NCBI GenBank assembly: GCA_041572575.1
Contig: JBFFSH010000029.1
Location: 1 to 29,494, forward strand
Direction: 5' to 3'
Source of the DNA: Thermodesulfobacteriota bacterium
GTDB lineage: Bacteria; Desulfobacterota_D; UBA1144; Nemesobacterales; N074bin48
DNA length: 29,494 nucleotides
Position 1 is the first letter of the stretch. The number at the start of each line of letters is the position of its first letter. The notes below the pieces were generated by a model that was not told the origin of the DNA, searched no databases, and worked only from the letters and a program-made list of their open reading frames with translations. A program made the position numbers and the translations under genes. This document shows positions 27,105 through 29,494 of the stretch, piece after piece.

Positions 27105-29330
27105 TTAAATTTTTGCTTTTTTAAGTCTCAATGCATTAGCTATAACCGATACAGAGCTAAAGCTCATAGCAGCCGCGGCTATAATAGGGCTTAGAAGAAT
27201 TCCAAAGAAGGGATAAAGAACACCAGCTGCAATCGGTACTCCGAGTGCGTTATAAATAAATGCAAAGAAAAGGTTCTCCTTTATATTTCTCATCGTGTAT
27301 CTGCTGAGTTTGATTGCCCGCACTATTCCATTAAGGTCACCCTTTACAAGCGTGACCCCTGCGCTTTCCATCGCTACATCTGTGCCCGTGCCCATAGCTA
27401 TACCCACCTCTGCCTTTGCAAGAGCAGGAGCATCGTTAATCCCGTCCCCTGCCATAGCCACAATATGACCTTCACTTTGCAATTCACTTATTTTTTGGGC
27501 CTTCTGGTCTGGCAAAACACCCGAAATTACTTCGTCTATGCCAAGTTTATCCGCTACAGACTTTGCCGTAACTTGCTCATCACCTGTAAGCATAACGACC
27601 CTTATCCCCTCATCATGAAAACTGGAAACCGCCCGGGGCGTAGTCTTTTTTATAGGATCAGCAACGCCTACAAACCCTGCAGGCTTATTATCTATTGAAA
27701 TAAACATAACAGTCTGGCCTTCTGACCTTAGTTTTTTTGCCTCATCTAGCAATCCTTCTAAGTTAATACCCAGATCATCCATTAATTTTTGATTCCCTAG
27801 AGCAACCCTGCGGCCAGATACCATACCTTTTACTCCCTTTCCAGTAATAGATTCAAACTGACCGGCCTCCTCTACCCCTACTCCCCGCTCATCCGCCCCC
27901 TCTACAATTGCCGTGGCAAGCGGGTGTTCGCTTCCTTTTTCTATAGAGGCTGCATATTTCAGTAGTTCTTTGTCGGTAAAGGTATTTGCTGTCCTTACAG
28001 ATACCAGTTTAGGCTTTCCTAAGGTGAGAGTTCCGGTTTTATCGACAACAATCGTATCGACTTCCCTTAGCTTTTCTATAGCCTCTGCATTTTTGAATAA
28101 AACACCCAGTGTTGCACCTTTTCCCGTTGCAACCATGATTGACATTGGTGTTGCCAGACCCAAAGCACACGGACAGGCTATTATCAAGACAGCAACCGCA
28201 TTTATTATTGCATAGACCATTGCTGGGGAAGGGCCAAAAATAGACCAGACAATAAAGGTAATTATAGATATTAGAACAACTATTGGGACAAAATACCCGG
28301 ACACCTTATCGGCAAGGCTCTGAATAGGTGCACGGCTCCTCTGGGCTTCTGATACCATATGGACTATCTGAGCAAGCAGGGTTTCCGCACCTACCCTCTC
28401 AGCTTCAATAATCAAAGAACCCGTGCCATTTACTGTAGCCCCTATCACTTTATCTCCAGGATTTTTTTCTGCAGGTATAGGCTCTCCTGTAATCATCGAT
28501 TCGTCTACTGAGGTAGCACCTTTTATTATGATTCCGTCTACGGGCACTTTCTCTCCGGGTCGCACTCTTAGCCTGTTACCAGGCCCAACGTGCTCCAGTG
28601 GAATCTCTTCTTCTGTTCCATCCTCTTTGACCAGGATTGCTGTTTTAGGAGCCAGACCCAAGAGTGCTTTAATTGCGGAGCTTGTCTGTGACCTTGCCTT
28701 TAGCTCCAGTACCTGCCCAAGCAGTATGAGGGTCACAATTACAGCTGCAGCCTCAAAATACACCCCCACCTTCCCGCCGAGCCCTCTGAATGAAGGGGGA
28801 AATATCTCTGGAAAAAGAGCGGCAATTAAGCTGTATATATACGCTACTGCAACTCCAAGGCCTATGAGAGTAAACATGTTTAGGCTTTTGTTGACTACGG
28901 ATTTATATGCCCTTACAAAAAACGGCCAGCCGCACCAGAGCACAACCGGGGTTGCAAGGACAAGCTCAACATATTGGAAAACTTTCGAAGCAAATAAATT
29001 TTTAAGATAATCACTCTGTATCAAGTGGCTCATCGCGATTATTACAATTGGAACCGACAAGATCACGCTTACCCAAAAGCGTCTGCTCATATCCTTTAAT
29101 TCTTCATTTTCCTCTTCGTCACCTAAAGTTACAACCTGCTTCTCTAAAGCCATTCCGCATATAGGACAGTCCCCCGGCTCGTCCCTTACAACCTCAGGAT
29201 GCATAGGGCAGACATATTTAACTCCGGTATCAAGAGACGGAGTTGCTTTTTCCAGTGACATACCGCATTTTGGACAATTGCCTGGTTTATCCTCAATAAT
29301 CTCGGGGTGCATCGGGCAGGTGTATTTCAT
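27105..29330 (-). CDS. copA: Copper-translocating P1B-type ATPase with two N-terminal CPMHP...CPxCGM metal-binding domains
   Basis: [33 protein letters not shown] and MxxSS Cu(I) signatures. Confidence 0.94.
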   Translation of the reverse strand: MKYTCPMHPEIIEDKPGNCPKCGMSLEKATPSLDTGVKYVCPMHPEVVRDEPGDCPICGMALEKQVVTLGDEEENEELKDMSRRFWVSVILSVPIVIIAMSHLIQSDYLKNLFASKVFQYVELVLATPVVLWCGWPFFVRAYKSVVNKSLNMFTLIGLGVAVAYIYSLIAALFPEIFPPSFRGLGGKVGVYFEAAAVIVTLILLGQVLELKARSQTSSAIKALLGLAPKTAILVKEDGTEEEIPLEHVGPGNRLRVRPGEKVPVDGIIIKGATSVDESMITGEPIPAEKNPGDKVIGATVNGTGSLIIEAERVGAETLLAQIVHMVSEAQRSRAPIQSLADKVSGYFVPIVVLISIITFIVWSIFGPSPAMVYAIINAVAVLIIACPCALGLATPMSIMVATGKGATLGVLFKNAEAIEKLREVDTIVVDKTGTLTLGKPKLVSVRTANTFTDKELLKYAASIEKGSEHPLATAIVEGADERGVGVEEAGQFESITGKGVKGMVSGRRVALGNQKLMDDLGINLEGLLDEAKKLRSEGQTVMFISIDNKPAGFVGVADPIKKTTPRAVSSFHDEGIRVVMLTGDEQVTAKSVADKLGIDEVISGVLPDQKAQKISELQSEGHIVAMAGDGINDAPALAKAEVGIAMGTGTDVAMESAGVTLVKGDLNGIVRAIKLSRYTMRNIKENLFFAFIYNALGVPIAAGVLYPFFGILLSPIIAAAAMSFSSVSVIANALRLKKAKI

Positions 29331-29356
29331 ATTTTTTACCCTTTAAAATTATAATT

Positions 29357-29494
29357 GGAGCTCGCATAGAACAGAGCTATAAGTAATGCAGAATCTCCTT
29401 TATTTTATTAACTAAATCTACATTTCTGTTATTAAATCTAAATTCCATCTCTTTTAGATACAAAACAAAGTGTTTTCTGTCAATTCCATTGTAT
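29357..29494 (-). mobile_element. Right end of an IS1595-family (IS1016-like) insertion sequence
   Basis: Transposase stop at 29377 followed by putative terminal repeat GGAGCTCGCATAGAAC (plus strand from 29357), resembling the GGGGCT....TAGA ends of IS1016-like elements; AT-rich flank TTATAATT. Confidence 0.65.
29377..29494 (-). CDS. C-terminal fragment of an IS1595-family transposase (runs off the window)
   Basis: Hand translation YNGIDRKHFVLYLKEMEFRFNNRNVDLVNKIKEILHYL*, matching the NGI...F.L.LKE.EFRFN C-terminal motif of IS1595/IS1016-like transposases. Confidence 0.8.
   Translation of the reverse strand, partial: YNGIDRKHFVLYLKEMEFRFNNRNVDLVNKIKEILHYL

Noticed and set aside
1086..29010. 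Numerous short antisense or alternative-frame ORFs in the track (e.g. 1086..1319, 2307..2609, 2501..2884, 6354..6659, 11784..12008, 21787..22101, 27913..28215, 28423..29010)
   Set aside because: They lie inside or opposite well-supported genes, have no recognisable motifs or SDs, and are typical shadow ORFs
29413..29446. TAAATCTA direct repeats as a copA operator
   Set aside because: They fall inside the transposase-coding fragment and are explained by it
1..29494. CRISPR array, prophage, or defence/toxin-antitoxin island
   Set aside because: No regularly spaced repeats and no cas, phage or recognisable defence genes were seen

Overview
AT-rich bacterial chromosomal segment made up mostly of housekeeping genes. 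The merR-tRNA-Pro-surE-yqaA-nlpD-apt arrangement suggests a deltaproteobacteria-like or Desulfobacterota/Dadabacteria-like organism, but this is inference only. Recognisable genes are suhB, an RpiB-family isomerase, asd, dapA, rnhB, a MerR-type regulator, tRNA-Pro(GGG), surE, yqaA, a TIGR00725/LOG-like gene, a LysM-M23 lipoprotein, apt, aroB, trmB, a type I-beta DAHP synthase, purN, carA, a REC/HD-GYP protein, an acyltransferase, gatB and a Cu(I) P1B-ATPase. The window also holds a complete four-gene ATP-grasp / alpha-E / Anbu peptidase / transglutaminase operon (a known module whose function is unresolved) and a two-gene indolepyruvate:ferredoxin oxidoreductase-like pair. Several elements are absent from the ORF track: (1) a stand-alone 5S rRNA gene with its own promoter and a U-tract directly after helix I; (2) the 3' end and probable terminal repeat of an IS1595/IS1016-like element 26 bp upstream of copA; (3) a probable ATC start for a GAF-like gene; (4) a short ORF split from a 70-aa ORF by a -1 frameshift; (5) an anti-SD-loop hairpin; (6) several apparently leaderless genes. 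No CRISPR array, prophage or defence island was seen, and I cannot claim a wholly new multi-gene system.
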